Part shown: in pieces, positions 13,066 through 25,571 of the stretch
Layout: each line of letters starts with the position of its first letter
Numbering within the stretch: the first letter of the stretch is position 1
Origin: Moniliella sp. 'wahieum'
Taxonomy: Eukaryota
Assembly: GCA_003971905.1 (NCBI GenBank)
Contig: RSEE01000017.1
Coordinates: 744,001 to 808,000 of the forward strand
Direction of reading: 5' to 3'
DNA length: 64,000 nt
Notes under the pieces: model-generated
Databases searched by the model: none
What the model was told of the DNA's origin: nothing
What the model saw: the letters and a program-made list of their open reading frames with translations, nothing else
Program-made: the position numbers and the translations under genes

Positions 13066-13467
13066 TTATCGTCTCCACGTCAATATGGGACGTGAGTGCG
13101 CTGGACTTCTCGATAGAAGGACAGACCACCGTACCCAAAAGCGCGACGAGACGCGAAGCGACGAAGAGGGCACCCGACGGACCGTGCTTGTCAATCCACG
13201 TACCCCAAATCGTCGGGCCATCGTAACTGACGGTTCAATGGGAACCATCGAACTACGACGACTGAGAGGTGCAGTATCGAGAATTATCTCACACATGCGG
13301 AGTGAAAGAGGACAAAAGGAGAGGCTTTTTGTGGTGTCTAGCAGATGCAGCGTCTCATTAGTTGTATGACAAGTTGCGTAATGTATTGTACCGTCTTGGT
13401 AAGTAGTGGCATGTCTGAAGCGCGGTTCGGACTCGGGGACAGGTGAGGGGGCAGAGGGAGACATCAT
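13066..13467 (-). CDS. Possible orphan protein (low confidence)
   Basis: ACAATG start context, 133-aa ORF, upstream TATA at about 14358-14367 and an intron-like element at about 13838-13890. No homology recognised. Confidence 0.2.
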   Translation of the reverse strand: MMSPSAPSPVPESEPRFRHATTYQDGTIHYATCHTTNETLHLLDTTKSLSFCPLSLRMCEIILDTAPLSRRSSMVPIEPSVTMARRFGVRGLTSTVRRVPSSSLRVSSRFWVRWSVLLSRSPAHSRPILTWRR

Positions 13468-16400
13468 TGTTTTTGGGTTATGGGAGCTTGGAGAAACGGT
13501 GGAAGTTGGATGATTGGGTGATGGAGAAGCAATTCGAAGAGGACGATTCCAGTGGATTGAACCATAATTGATGAGAACCGGGAGGAGAAGACGCCACTAG
13601 CCATGGACCGCGAGGAGGGCACCAAACCGTTTATTACAGACAAACGGCGGGGACTAAAATAGAACCAAAAGGCCATATATAAGAACGGGGAAAAGCAAGG
13701 GATTTTGAAAAAAGCAGAAACAGGCGAGACGACCTGTGTTCCAAAATAGAGCACAGTGTGAGTTGAGGAGCAAAAGTCAAACAAACAACATGCGGCTGTT
13801 GCGTTGTCGCCATCAAGGATGCGTATAGGGTCGATGGCTACCTCGGTCCCCAGGCAAGGACGATCAGTCTGACGGGTCATGCACACATACCCACTGGCTG
13901 TGCGTACGACCCTGTGTTCTAGATCTTCCTTGACCCCTTTGTGTGTGTCTCTCTCTCATGCGTTGATTTGCCGTACGATTGCTTCTCCTGTCCCTTTGGC
14001 ATATAAGTCACCAGTCCATGCAGCCTGAATGAGTACCATAGGCATCCAAAGCGATCCCCCTTCTTCACGGTCGAAGACCGTAAGTGTGTTGACGGTGCTG
14101 GGAACGATATATTCGGGTCGGAGGGGTCAGAACCGGGAGATAAGAGTAACGGCGTGGCCTCCTGGGGAAGAGAGCCTTGTCTGACGGGGACCAGGCGTAA
14201 GCCCGAAGCGCGAGCTTCGAAACCCAAAGAGTTGTCGCCTCGCTGCCTTGCTCGCGGTAGCGTTACCAGGCTGAGTCCAAGCGAGGCCAGTTGAGGGTGG
14301 GCGTAGGACAAGACGATTGGTCGCTCGTCCGCAATACATTCTCAGTACAGAGAGGGTCTTTATATAGCCAGGCAAAGTAGGCCCGCGAGCTACACAATAG
14401 GCAAACGGCCAAGCTGTGGTCTGTTGGAGACCACATCGGTTGAAGGTAAATCCGGCGCGATCGCCTACACGGATCACGTCGATCACCGGCTAGTAGAAGC
14501 CGAGATCGTGCGATATCCAGCAGCGGTGCCAACGGAAATATTCTGGTGGCTGCTGCGTAGTATCGCCCCGTGGCACATAGGGGGGGCAGGTCGGGGGCGA
14601 GGAAGGCAAAGGGGGGGGCACAGGCTCAGGCGGGGGTCTCGACAACCTGTCTTTTCAGATGGGCCATCCGCCCCACATCTTATCTTAGTCGTCACAATCA
14701 AATGGACTAATATCGCACCGTGTTCGCGATCCCGAGAGGAGCACCATGCTTAATACCCCAGCGCATGGATGTGGTACAACATTAGGGGAGATATCCGGAA
14801 GCATCCGAAGAGTACTTCAGCTGCCGGACTTTCAACTCAAGAACCAGTTCCCCCCCATCGACCCTCATTAAGCTGTCTCTGGCCTCTGATGTATAGGCCA
14901 CACCACATCACTCCTGTTATGAGATTGTACTTTGGGGATGCTTCAAACGTGCCTATACTGTTAGTAATTCAAGACAAGGATCCCATTGGTCCTTCGACAA
15001 AAACACGGTAATATTTGGTTGTGTTTTTTTTGCCTGGACACATATGATGGGGGGACCACACAGTATGTGCACCTTACTTACTGTTGCGAAAATTCCTACG
15101 GGGTGCGATGATATAGTGTTGCGACGCTACAACATGAGCCCGAATTTGCGTCGTATTCGGTCTCGTCTCGTCTTGGTGAATGCGGGTGGGATGGGCCTGG
15201 AGAAGAGGAACGTCTGATATCGGGACCTGTGCAGCCTCTCGTTCCACTGGTAGTGGCACATGGTGCTGGCCAGATAGAAAATCTCGGTGCTACCGACCAC
15301 ATGTCCACCAACAGAGGTTATGGCTGGTATTCAGAGAAGGTGGGACGAGATTTAAGAAAGGGGGCAGCGTCATTGGAAGATATGTTCCAGCAAACCATTA
15401 TTTCCAGTGTAGAACAATCTGGAGAGCAAAACATTGTCAAAGCATACAAAGGGACCCTCCTCCCCAGCAATGGTTATCGTGCCGTGAGAGAGAAGAAATG
15501 CGGTAAACCGAACGCGTTTTCAGTTCTGGTGAGCCGGAGAAGGTCGATCACAATACTGCCACAAACCCCGCTGACACCAAGTAAAATGGCAATCAAGAGC
15601 AAGAGGTTAGATGAATCACGATAATGCTTGGTTGCTGGTGAAGAGTAGAGTAGAGAACAGAGCGTAGAAGAAGAGGAGGGAATGAAAGGAGTCAGAGAAG
15701 AAGACAGCCGAAGCGGACACAACAGCCGAAGATTCCAGAATGGGGGCGGGTCTCAAATGTTGGACTTCCGCCCGGGGAACCACTGGTTGCTAGCGGATAT
15801 GAGGAAGCCTATATGACTAAGAGCGCCCGATGCTCCGACTATGCTCTTGGCGCTCACTTGCGAAGGTCCACAGCGCCCATACTGGCATGTTTTGACAAGT
15901 ATCTTCGGATCAGTCGAAAGACCTCTTGCTATATGTCGACATTGACCCAAGCATTTCAACCCCCCTGATGCACAAATGCGCATCATTGAATTTCCTTTTG
16001 ACCTTCTCGTACAATTATATACATCAAATGCGTCCCAGACACCGTCTGTATATAACTCTACATAGAGAGAGAGGGAAGGGGGAACACACTTTCTATAGTT
16101 CGCCTAGTCGTCTTAGCCTGCACAGCCTCTGGCCCTATGTGCATCCATGGCTACATTGGAGACCGTTTTGCTGTAGCTTTCCCGAGATAATTTACGGCCA
16201 CCGGATCAGACCTGTTGCCCACACAGGCTTTTGCTTTAGAAAGTCGTTCGTACTCTTGTCTCTGTGACCCCCGATGCCACCGTTTCCCCTTCGGTAAAAA
16301 TGTATTCGATTATGCTGGTTTTGCGTCTGATATCCGAGGACAGTACAACTCAATTGATCATCCGAGTGCGAACTACAACGTTCGACGCATGTGTGTCGGT

Positions 16401-17015
16401 GTATATACATTTGTGCAACAGAGACCGCGTGCGAATGGTGGCTTTACCTCATGGAGAGAACATTTGGTATCTGCACCCTGAAGGCTTGCGTGGAGCATAG
16501 AAAGAGGGAAAATGTGCGCGTGGAGACAAAGAGGGGTCATCAGGCATCAGGGCCTCACCTGCCTTATATAGTAGTCATTCAAGTTTCGTCATCTACAAAA
16601 ACTGGGGGAGGGAGAGGAAGAGAAACAGGCTGAGACTATCATATGTGTTTCCAACTATGAGAAACAGATTGTTTCTCTCTCGCTCCCTGGCAGTCCATAA
16701 TGCTTCATGAAAAGCATGTCATCCAGAAGCATATATCCGACACAGTTGGAAACTTTGCCGATATCAAAAAGGTGTTGGTTGACACGTTGACGGTGGCTGT
16801 GAAGCACCAGGAGCGATCTCTCACTGTGGTGGACTTAGTATTCAGGCCTGTGATTCTTATACTATAGGTCCCAGGTGTAGGAGCATTTTGAGCGCTGGCA
16901 GCTGAGCTCAGCGGTCAAAGGTTGGTGAGCACTGCTTCGAGAGAGGCCGAGCGAGAAGGTGCTCTTTTATGATAAACGGATCGATCGAGATGAGCGCAAG
17001 ATAAATGTGGAGACC

Positions 17016-17425
17016 TTGAAGCTTCAAGTTGGAGCTTAAGGTGGCATGCTGAGACACTGAAGAGGCATGTGCCATGTTGTGCCATGTGACATCACCGGCG
17101 CCGAGATGCCAAGGCCTGAGCCTCAGGCCTCAGGCTGAGGCGCTGAGGCCGACCATATTGCCCGTTCATACTACGTTTCCAGTCTCAAGCCGGCCATTGG
17201 GACATCCCGTATACGCCGGAGGCCAGAGCAGGGCGGATATGCGCCCCCACAGGCCCCACAGTCATTGCAGTAGCATGATGCATGATGTCACACCATCACA
17301 AGCCACATGCACACATTACCCCGGTGACCAGTGACCGGTGACCGGTGACCAGCCTTTGGATAGCTGGTGACCGGTGATCGATTCGGTTATCGACCACACC
17401 AATAATACTCGGTCACCGGTCACTT
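17016..17425. repeat. Cluster of 7-bp palindrome micro-arrays (AAGCTT, AGGCCT, ATGCAT and ACCGGT types)
   Basis: TTGAAGCTTCAA at 17016; CCTCAGGCCTCAGGC at 17121; ACCGGTGACCGGTGACC at 17334-17350; GGTCACCGGTCAC at 17411. Confidence 0.8.
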
Positions 17426-19127
17426 TACATAATTCATCCTTGTGGCGGATTGTGGCTTGGAAACGCCGCGAGCACTTCATCGCCTTGTGTATCCGAACAG
17501 AGATGAAAGCGCTGAGAGCCCTGTGGCTGAGCGAGCGAGCGAGCGAGCAAGTGGGACATCCATCAACTAGGATGCTTGATCTGTAAGATCCCAAGTCTTT
17601 CGCGGCCCGCACGGACGCGTGCACGGTGAACACGTTTTCAACCCAGTACCCAAGCGGCTGGAGATGTGAAAAGAGAATGATCAAAAAGACCTACTCAAGT
17701 ACCTCAATGCGCAGATGACAATGTGATTGAGCACAGCAAAATGCGTTCAACCATACGTTTTGCTTTCTTCGACGCCAGGTCAAAGTGCATTGAGGTCACC
17801 GAAAAACAGGTTCAAATTGGTCTTCAGGGCACACATGCGCTCTGTGGAGTTCCTCGCGCAGAAAAAGTGTTCCACAGTTTGGACTGAGATCATTGTTGGA
17901 GTCCATGTTGGTCTGTACTTCTCCCCCAGTCCAAGTTGCGGCGTTGCACGAGGTCACATAGGGGACGACGGTCTTCAAACTTGCGCGCTCCATTCGGGAT
18001 GCATATATCTCAATGAGCCGGTTGCGGAGGGATGAGTAGGAGCCATGATAGAGGGGGACTGGGCGAGTTGTAATCGCTACCGAGTGAGCCATGGTGGGAC
18101 GACCAGGGATGTGTAGGTGGACACTCAGTATGTGGAGAACTTTCGAGTATACAAGTAAATGCGATCAAAGTTGCGGACCCGAAGGTGGAATACATGATGA
18201 GACGGCAACGCTAGTGGAACCGTGGGGAAGGTGCTGAATCGAACGTTGGAGCCAGCAGAATGTTATTACATGAAAACGTATCAGAGGCACGCTCGAGAGA
18301 TTGTCTTCCTTCTATGAATTGTCATGACAACACGCAGGTGTACTATGCCACGAACAAGACTGCCAACAAGATCTTTGAGAATTGGAAGGCTCTTACTCTG
18401 AAGAAGAGTCTCATTGAAGATGGTTCATCACTCCATATGCCTACCACGCTCATTCGTCTCAGCTCGCGCTATATAAAAATGCGGCTTCTAAGCGACTGAC
18501 TATGCGTTCAGAAAGTATTGACATGCTGGCAACACCACTATATAACCCTTTTGATTGGGTTGGGGCAACATATGCGGGATAAGGCTGAGCCAGCCCATGG
18601 GCCCAGCATTTGTTTGTCCCTACTTGGAGTTCTATATGCAATTTGGCTATGAATTCGGATGTTAACGGGGTTACCGGGTTTGATGTGAGAGTCGCGATGC
18701 GAAGAGGTGGCGAACGAGAAGATTCTTTTAGCTGTCTCGACCGGGGTGACTTTCTGTTATACTTTTGACACATGTGTATATGCATATAGCCAGTTAAAAA
18801 AGTTCTTATCAATTGACCCTCACTAGTCAGCTTCAGGCTTCGCACCATATGCAAACGCCCGATGGATACCTCTCTTCTTTGGGCGTTTGCCGTGTGTGTG
18901 GACTTCTCCCCTCCCTCCAACCACATGATTGATCCTTAGCTTAGCGCTTAACTCATGATGGTGAAGCTGCGGTCCCGAGTTGCCTCGCGGGGCTGGCCTC
19001 TGGGGATGATATAAGGACTTTGAGTGCCGTGTGCTTTATAGCTTGGTTCTTTTGCCTTGGGTCTGGGCGCCGTTTAAGCATCCCTTTATAGCGCTTAGCT
19101 CTTCAACCTTACCGGCCTTATCCTTAA

Positions 19128-21240
19128 CTCAAGCTTCAAGCTCCAAACTTGAAGTAATATAATTGAATTGCAGCTTTTCATAAGTTGAACGTTGAACGGT
19201 TGAACGTTGAACAAGACAACACCGCAGGGTTCTGTTGTCCTGCCAAGCCCTTCGGGAAAGCCGCACCGCCGGTCCAGGCGGACTCACTGAAACATGCACC
19301 CTGGCTGAAACGGGAAGAATCTTTTGTTCTTCCAAATCTTGGCACTCGGGGCCGGTGTGTAGGAGGGTGTGGTAGGGTGTGGAGTGCATGTATAGCAGGT
19401 GTAGCACTGTGTGGTGCAGTTATCGATTATCGCTATCATATATCACGCATGTCACATGCATGTCACTTGTCACATGTCACATATCATGCATCATGCATGC
19501 CGTGCGTCATGCATCATGCGTCTCTCGAGGAGACCGTATGTGCCAGATCTCATTTGGCCTTCGTGCCCCTGATATCGCCAAAACATCAGATGGTATCAGA
19601 TCTCAGATCTCAGAGCCCTACTATATATAACGTTCTACGCTCCGCCGGGACCTTCCGTGCCAAGCATCTCTCAGCCTCGGATCTTTCGGGTATTGCTAGT
19701 TGCTTCGTCACCGAGCACCCAGGGCACCCTCTTCGCTTGAGCGCATGGACCAACATGTGTATGGAGCCACCAAAAAGAAAAGCGAGAAACTTCCTTGCGC
19801 GGAGAGAAACGCAGCACACAAGTGTGGTATCTGCGCACAAGAATCTGCCAGCAGCCTGTGCGGCCCCTACTGTCCTCGGACACAGTTGCTCGCACCGATT
19901 GGGTATGAGATCGATGATCGCTGATCATCGATTATCGATCACAAAATGTTTCTAACGATCATGCATCATGCATCATGATGCAAGTGTACATGTAACTCGT
20001 GAACGCTCCGTTGCACACGTTGAACGTTGATCGGTGATTGATGATCGCGTTGTTCCGCATATGCTTGACATCATGCATCATGACAGCATGTCAGTTCTTG
20101 GCGTTGAAAAGGATGACATATTAAACGACAGAGGGGGGCAGGTCCAGTCCAAAAGGTACATGGTGACTGGTAACCGGTAGCCGGTGCGAGCAACCGAAAA
20201 GACCGTCATTGTGGCACTGAAGGGAAGTTGAAGCTTTTGAAGAACGTTATGTTGAAGCTGAGAAGTCTTAATTGAAGCTTATTGAAGCTTGCCAGAGAAG
20301 CTTGAAGGTGTGTCCGTTATCCGCTGGGTTGCGCCGCGCTTCTCGCATACATCAAGCTTTCATGCATCATGTACCAAGCTTCATGAGCTTCATGGCGCAG
20401 GAAGTAGGCCCGCTAAAAACCCACTCTACTCTTCAATAAGCGAAGTTACACATTAGGCTTCAACATAACCGGCACGGGCGAAGAGACGAGAAAAGTGCTT
20501 GAATCATCTATTAATTGTTTCCCCAGAGACGCTTGGCATGTGTACGTTTCTGATCAGGATGATGTGTGAACAAAATGTTTGGACGTTGACGTTGAGGACG
20601 TTGAGGGCGTTGCGGTGCACCTGAAGTTTTGCTCGCTATAGCTGAATGACACTCCTGTGTGACAAATGTCACACTTCGAACTTCAACTTGAAAACTTTTT
20701 GAAAAGCTTCACTACTTCGTCCTGACTATATACTAGGGCAAGGTGGTGTTGCTGAACGGATGCAAGAGGAGGGCAGTTCGTCATATTTCCATGTCTGGAC
20801 CATGTGCCGAGTGTTACTTACAGCCGAGCCGATTGGGACGTGTCGAAGACAGATTGTCGGCCACGGGCCAAGTGCGAGCAATCCCGGCGGCACCCAAGAC
20901 CTACGCTCTCACATGCACATGTCAGATCTCAGAAGTGAGTCGTGTGTCTTAGATCGTTTTTATTTCGTCACATACCACCTGTGATCTATGCACTGGGGCA
21001 CAATCGATGATCGGTGACCGGGACCTTTAAAACTTTATTTTTGGAAGCATGCACGCACACATAGATAAGTGCATGCTTGCTCGGCTTGGCAGTAACTAAT
21101 AACTGGTAAAGTGTAGCGATGGTGACCTTACCGGCCTGTGACCCGTGACTTGGTGACAGTACTGAGTGCACTCACTGAATACACAACTGAGTACTGATAG
21201 ATGAAGAGACGAAGTACACTCAGACTGAGTACACTAATAG
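19128..21240. repeat. Dense cluster of 7-bp palindrome micro-arrays
   Basis: TTGAACGTTGAACGGTTGAACGTTGAAC (19185), TATCGATTATCG (19421), TGTCACATGTCACA (19468), AGATCTCAGATCTCAGA (19598), ATGCATCATGCATCATG (19961), repeated TTGAAGCTT (20228-20306), AGTACTGAGT and CTGAGTACTGA (21158-21197). Confidence 0.85.
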
Positions 21241-22813
21241 TATACCGCTGCATCAAAAACCGACATTCTTTAATCAATCATCTAGAGATTTTGAGCCCAA
21301 TTGGCCTTAAAAATCGCCGTGATGACCGGTGCTGCATTACTAGTTACTCCAGAAGACCCATTCCACATGTGGCATCCTGCATTATATGTGGGGGCAATAG
21401 GGATCGAAGGGAATAACCGTCATGGTAGACGGCATTGCACACACATGGTATACTCTTTCTCTATGAGAGCGAACCACAAGCTTCAAAAGCTTCTTTTGTG
21501 AAATCACGCCAGCGGTGGCGGGGGGGCGAAAGAACGGAAGCAATGTGCGATGGGCGTGGAGGGTACCCGGTACCCCCCGATGCGCGAAGTAGGGGATTGG
21601 CTATCGCCGTTCGATCGCTTCAATGCCAATTTCACATGGTAACTTGACGTTGAAGTCCAAAAGCTTCGACGTTTAATTGTTGTGTTTGGCTCTTGTCTTC
21701 CTTCTGTTCGGAATTTGTCTAGTCTATACAACCCCGCGGACGCAATTTGAGTTTACAGCACGCCAAGCACAGATGTGCCCATGCCGCATTGGCATAAGAT
21801 ATTGGCATATCTAATCCTATCGATAAATAAAAATGGCGCGCCAAGGCCTGTGGAGGAGAGCCGGACCGTGCATTTTTGTGTGACGCCGTGCGGGTACGCC
21901 TGAATGTACGGAGCGACACGAATTGGAAAACGACAGACGAGCTGAGGCGCTGAGACACTGAGGTTGTTCGCAACCCTGGCGTTGCGCGTTTCGGTGGAAC
22001 GTCACGCGTGACTTACAACATGTGGGGGCCTCGGCGCCCAGACTTGCCCAGGCCAGGCTCCTTGGCGGTGGGCACGATGTGGCGGTGGGTGCTCTTGATC
22101 CTCCCCGAGGCCTGCAGCAAGGAATGACGTTGATCCGTGAGCACCCCCGTTGATCGCGATGAACGCTTGGAAAAGTCCCGTTTTACGCGCGTGAAGAGGA
22201 AGAACCCTGTATGCGGAGTCAAACCCACGCTGGTGGTATGGGGCCCCGAAGCCACCTACAGGAGGGTGCAACTGTCCTGATGTTTACGATCTAATCATTG
22301 GTGTCATTAAGCAGTCCTCAGCCTGAGCGCTCGCGCTCACTCATCGCATGCTTACAGCGCTCCATAGAGGATGGGTGCAGCAGGATGGGTTGGCCTGCTG
22401 GAGCGACATGAGCGTCAAACGCGTGCAACAGCGCTCCGGACCTGCTACGTAGCACAATCATCTTAACCGCGTTAAGCTTTAAGAATCAAAGCCACGCACA
22501 TGATGATGCATGAAAAACTTGAAGCTATTAAGGTGTAACATGGAACAGGGTGTAAACAGGTGTAACATGGACCCAGCAACCGCCCGCTATCCGACTATCG
22601 ATCATCGATGAATCATCCACATCATTTGGATCATGCATCGTACATCACACGTCTCCCTTCGGAAGTCACACGTCACACACCGACATCATACATCATGCAT
22701 CACCAATATGCGGGCACACCAAGTCTCCCTTGGGCTCAGGCCTTGGGGTCATCCGGTCATCCTCCAAGTCTTGTTATAGCCGTAACCAGCTTGTGGCTTC
22801 CGTGGCTGTCCGC

Positions 22814-22823
22814 TATATATAAA
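22814..22823 (+). promoter_or_regulatory. TATA box of the DHA1 MFS gene
   Basis: TATATATAAA about 185 nt upstream of ATG 23008. Confidence 0.6.
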
Positions 22824-23007
22824 GGTCAGCATAGCAGGGGTGTTTAACACCATCACTGCGCAAACTTCTAGCCACTCGATCCACTTCCTCTAAGCGTCCT
22901 CTCTACCGATCGCTTTTATCGTGTCAGAGGTCTCTCGCACACAATCCCCTCTCCCGCTCTGCCCACAATCTACTTTCGCCCTTCCAAAGAGCCTTGATAT
23001 ATCCGTC

Positions 23008-25571
23008 ATGGCTGGCAATCACCTCCGTCACTATTCGCAGCGACGCACTGCCGCCCCTCAACCCGCCAACAGGAGAGGCCTCCCAGGTGATGGAATCGGG
23101 CTCCCAAACGCCGGGTGATTGTTCTCCGGCCCAGTCACTTTCCAAGTCCCGGCGTCCGTCTTCGAATGACCGCCAGATCAGTTTCGGGGTGGACACCAAA
23201 ATCGACGATGCGGATGGCAAATTTGCAGGCATCACTACTAACAGCACCAATACTAGTACAACTGCCTTCTCCCCCATTCCCCCCCACAAGAGGAGCCGCC
23301 TTACAGCGTTTTTGCCCCCAGTTGGAAAAATCTTATCCTTGGGCTAGTGACCACAACCGCATTCCTCAGTCCAATGACCAGCAACATCTACATGTCGGCT
23401 ATCCCTAGTATTGCGAGGGTACGTTCCATTTTTTGATCATTGCCCTTCTGATGAAACAATAACCACTAACTGCGATGTGCCGACAGGATTTGAAGCAACC
23501 TCAGGAAAGCATCCAGCTGAGTGTAACCGTCTTTATGATCGCTCAAGGTCTCAGCCCTATGGTTCTCGGATCTAATACCGACAAGTATGTACCATTCTGT
23601 CGTCAAGTTTCAGACACTAACCAAACTCTTCCGAAGAACGGGCCGCAAACCAGTGTACATCATTTCGCTCATAATCTATTTGGGTGCCTGCATTGGGATG
23701 TACCTGCTGCCCAACGCTACGCCTTCGTCCAAGGGCGGAGTTTACGCTGGCCTCATGGTGCTTCGTGCGCTACAAGCGGTAGGAAGCAGCTCCGTAATGT
23801 CGTTGGCTCTGGTACAGTGGCGGACTTGTTCCCTAGCTCCACCCGAGCTGGACCCCTGGGAATTTTTGTGGCTTCTTATTCTGTTGCTCCCGCCATCTCT
23901 CCGCTCATTGGAGCTGCTATTACTCGGGTGCCGGATGGAGATATATCTTCCTCTTTTGCTTTTGCCTGGCCGCAGCTTGTGTTGTTGCACTTCTGTTCTT
24001 CCTGCCAGAAACCCTACAGAAGCTGGTTGGAAATGGCAGCAAGCCAGCTCCCACCCTGATGCACGAGGCCTTATTCTGCCTCCTGACGGGAAAGACCGTG
24101 ACCCAACGGACGGGCCAAGCTCGGCCTGGTTTACCACTGCCATGCGACCCATCTCGATTGGAAGGGAAAAGTCCCGTACAGCGTCGCTTCGCGATCATCT
24201 GTTACGAGGCCAAGGATATGCTCTCTTTTACTCCTCTCCGATTCTGCTGATTCCCGAGGTGGTGTTGTGCCTTCTAGGGTACGCATTCCCTTTTTCGGCC
24301 CAGATGATGATTCTTTCTACCATCGCCACCAATTTCGAGCAACACTACGGGTTCACGGTGATGCAATCAGGTCTGGTTTTTATCAGCACTGGGACCGGAG
24401 CCATGCTGGCGGCTTTTGGCACCGGCCGTGTCTTGAACTGGAGCTATCGTCGAGTCGCACAACAAACTGAGGAGCGTTTGGTGCAGCAAGACTTAGAACA
24501 GGACATGAAACCTGTCCAAATGGACGAACCCATTGAGTCGACGCTCGTTTCCGACAAGCAAATGGATCGCGAGAAGCAAGGCACCCTCTCCACGTCTGCA
24601 AGTACCGCCAAGATCGAAATCCAAGGCCCGGGAACCCAAACCCCTCGTCGCAAACCTGTTGGAACTGATGGTGCCAAGGACCTGTCCTTCCCGATTGAAA
24701 AGGCACGTCTGATGCTTTGGCCGTACATGATTGGTCTGAATGTGGTATGTTTCCTGATCGCGTTCTCTCGTTTACTCTTCTGCGACCATGCATCGGTACC
24801 CAATGCTGACTGCTTTCCTTCTGCTAGGTTGCTACTATCGCATACGGATGGAGCGTTGGACGGACCAGCTGTGCAGCCCCTATCGTATTTTTGTTCCTCA
24901 ATGGGTTTACCGTCGGTACGATTAGCACAATCTTCCAAAACCTTATGCTTGACTTCTTGCCTGGTCGTTCAGCTGGCGTCTCCGCCTCCAGCAACTTCGT
25001 TCGTTGTCTCCTAGGTGCGGCGGGAACAGCCTGCATCGAGTATATGATCAGAAGTATTGGTACCGGCGGAACCTACACGGTCGTTGCCGGGATTTCTGCC
25101 CTCAGTGTGCCAGGTGTGATTACCATTCTGATTCACGGGCCCAAATGGCGTGCAAAACGCTTTGCAAAGGAGACACCTATCCCCGGAATTGAAACGGAGA
25201 AGACCTCATTGTCCAAAACATTGTCAGAATCCAGGTTCACCCTTCCTTCTGTACTCCCCCTCCGGCGTTCAACACCTTGCCATCAGAACCGTCGTATTGT
25301 GGATATTCCCTCCGTTTCCTCTTTGATGCCTTTCAATCCACTTCTTTTCCTTCTCCACCACGGACATGAGCTTCACTTCTCCGGACACTTGACGATAAAT
25401 GGGCCTGAGTCAATAATTCACCTACCGTTTCCGGCTTTCTCGTCGGGTTCTCGACCCCTTATATTACTAGATGGGTTTAATGTCGATGTCAATCTATTGC
25501 CGAATATGCACCCTTATGTCCTCCGTAATTATAGTCATTTTTGGGTCTCTTATCGGTGTGCTCCAACATAA
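23008..25571 (+). CDS. MFS multidrug transporter, DHA1 family (Qdr-like)
   Basis: FLSPMTSNIYMSAIPSIAR|DL, IQLSVTVFMIAQGLSPMVLG, DK|TGRKPVYI, LRALQAVGSS, GTVADLF, APAISPLIG, FPIEKARL, LDFLPGRSAGVSASSNFVRCLLGAAG. Introns 23379-23486, 23585-23636 and 24745-24827. The true stop may lie before 25571. Confidence 0.88.

Noticed and set aside
16763..16843. Faint histone-H4-fold resemblance (KVLVDTLT...HQERSLTVVDLVF)
   Set aside because: The alignment needs an insertion and a deletion within 27 aa, and the rest of the fold is absent; likely chance.
19185..19955. 256-aa ORF in the ORF track
   Set aside because: It is a translation of heptamer arrays (NVERLNVE, SHACHLSHVTYH) with no ATG start and no domain.
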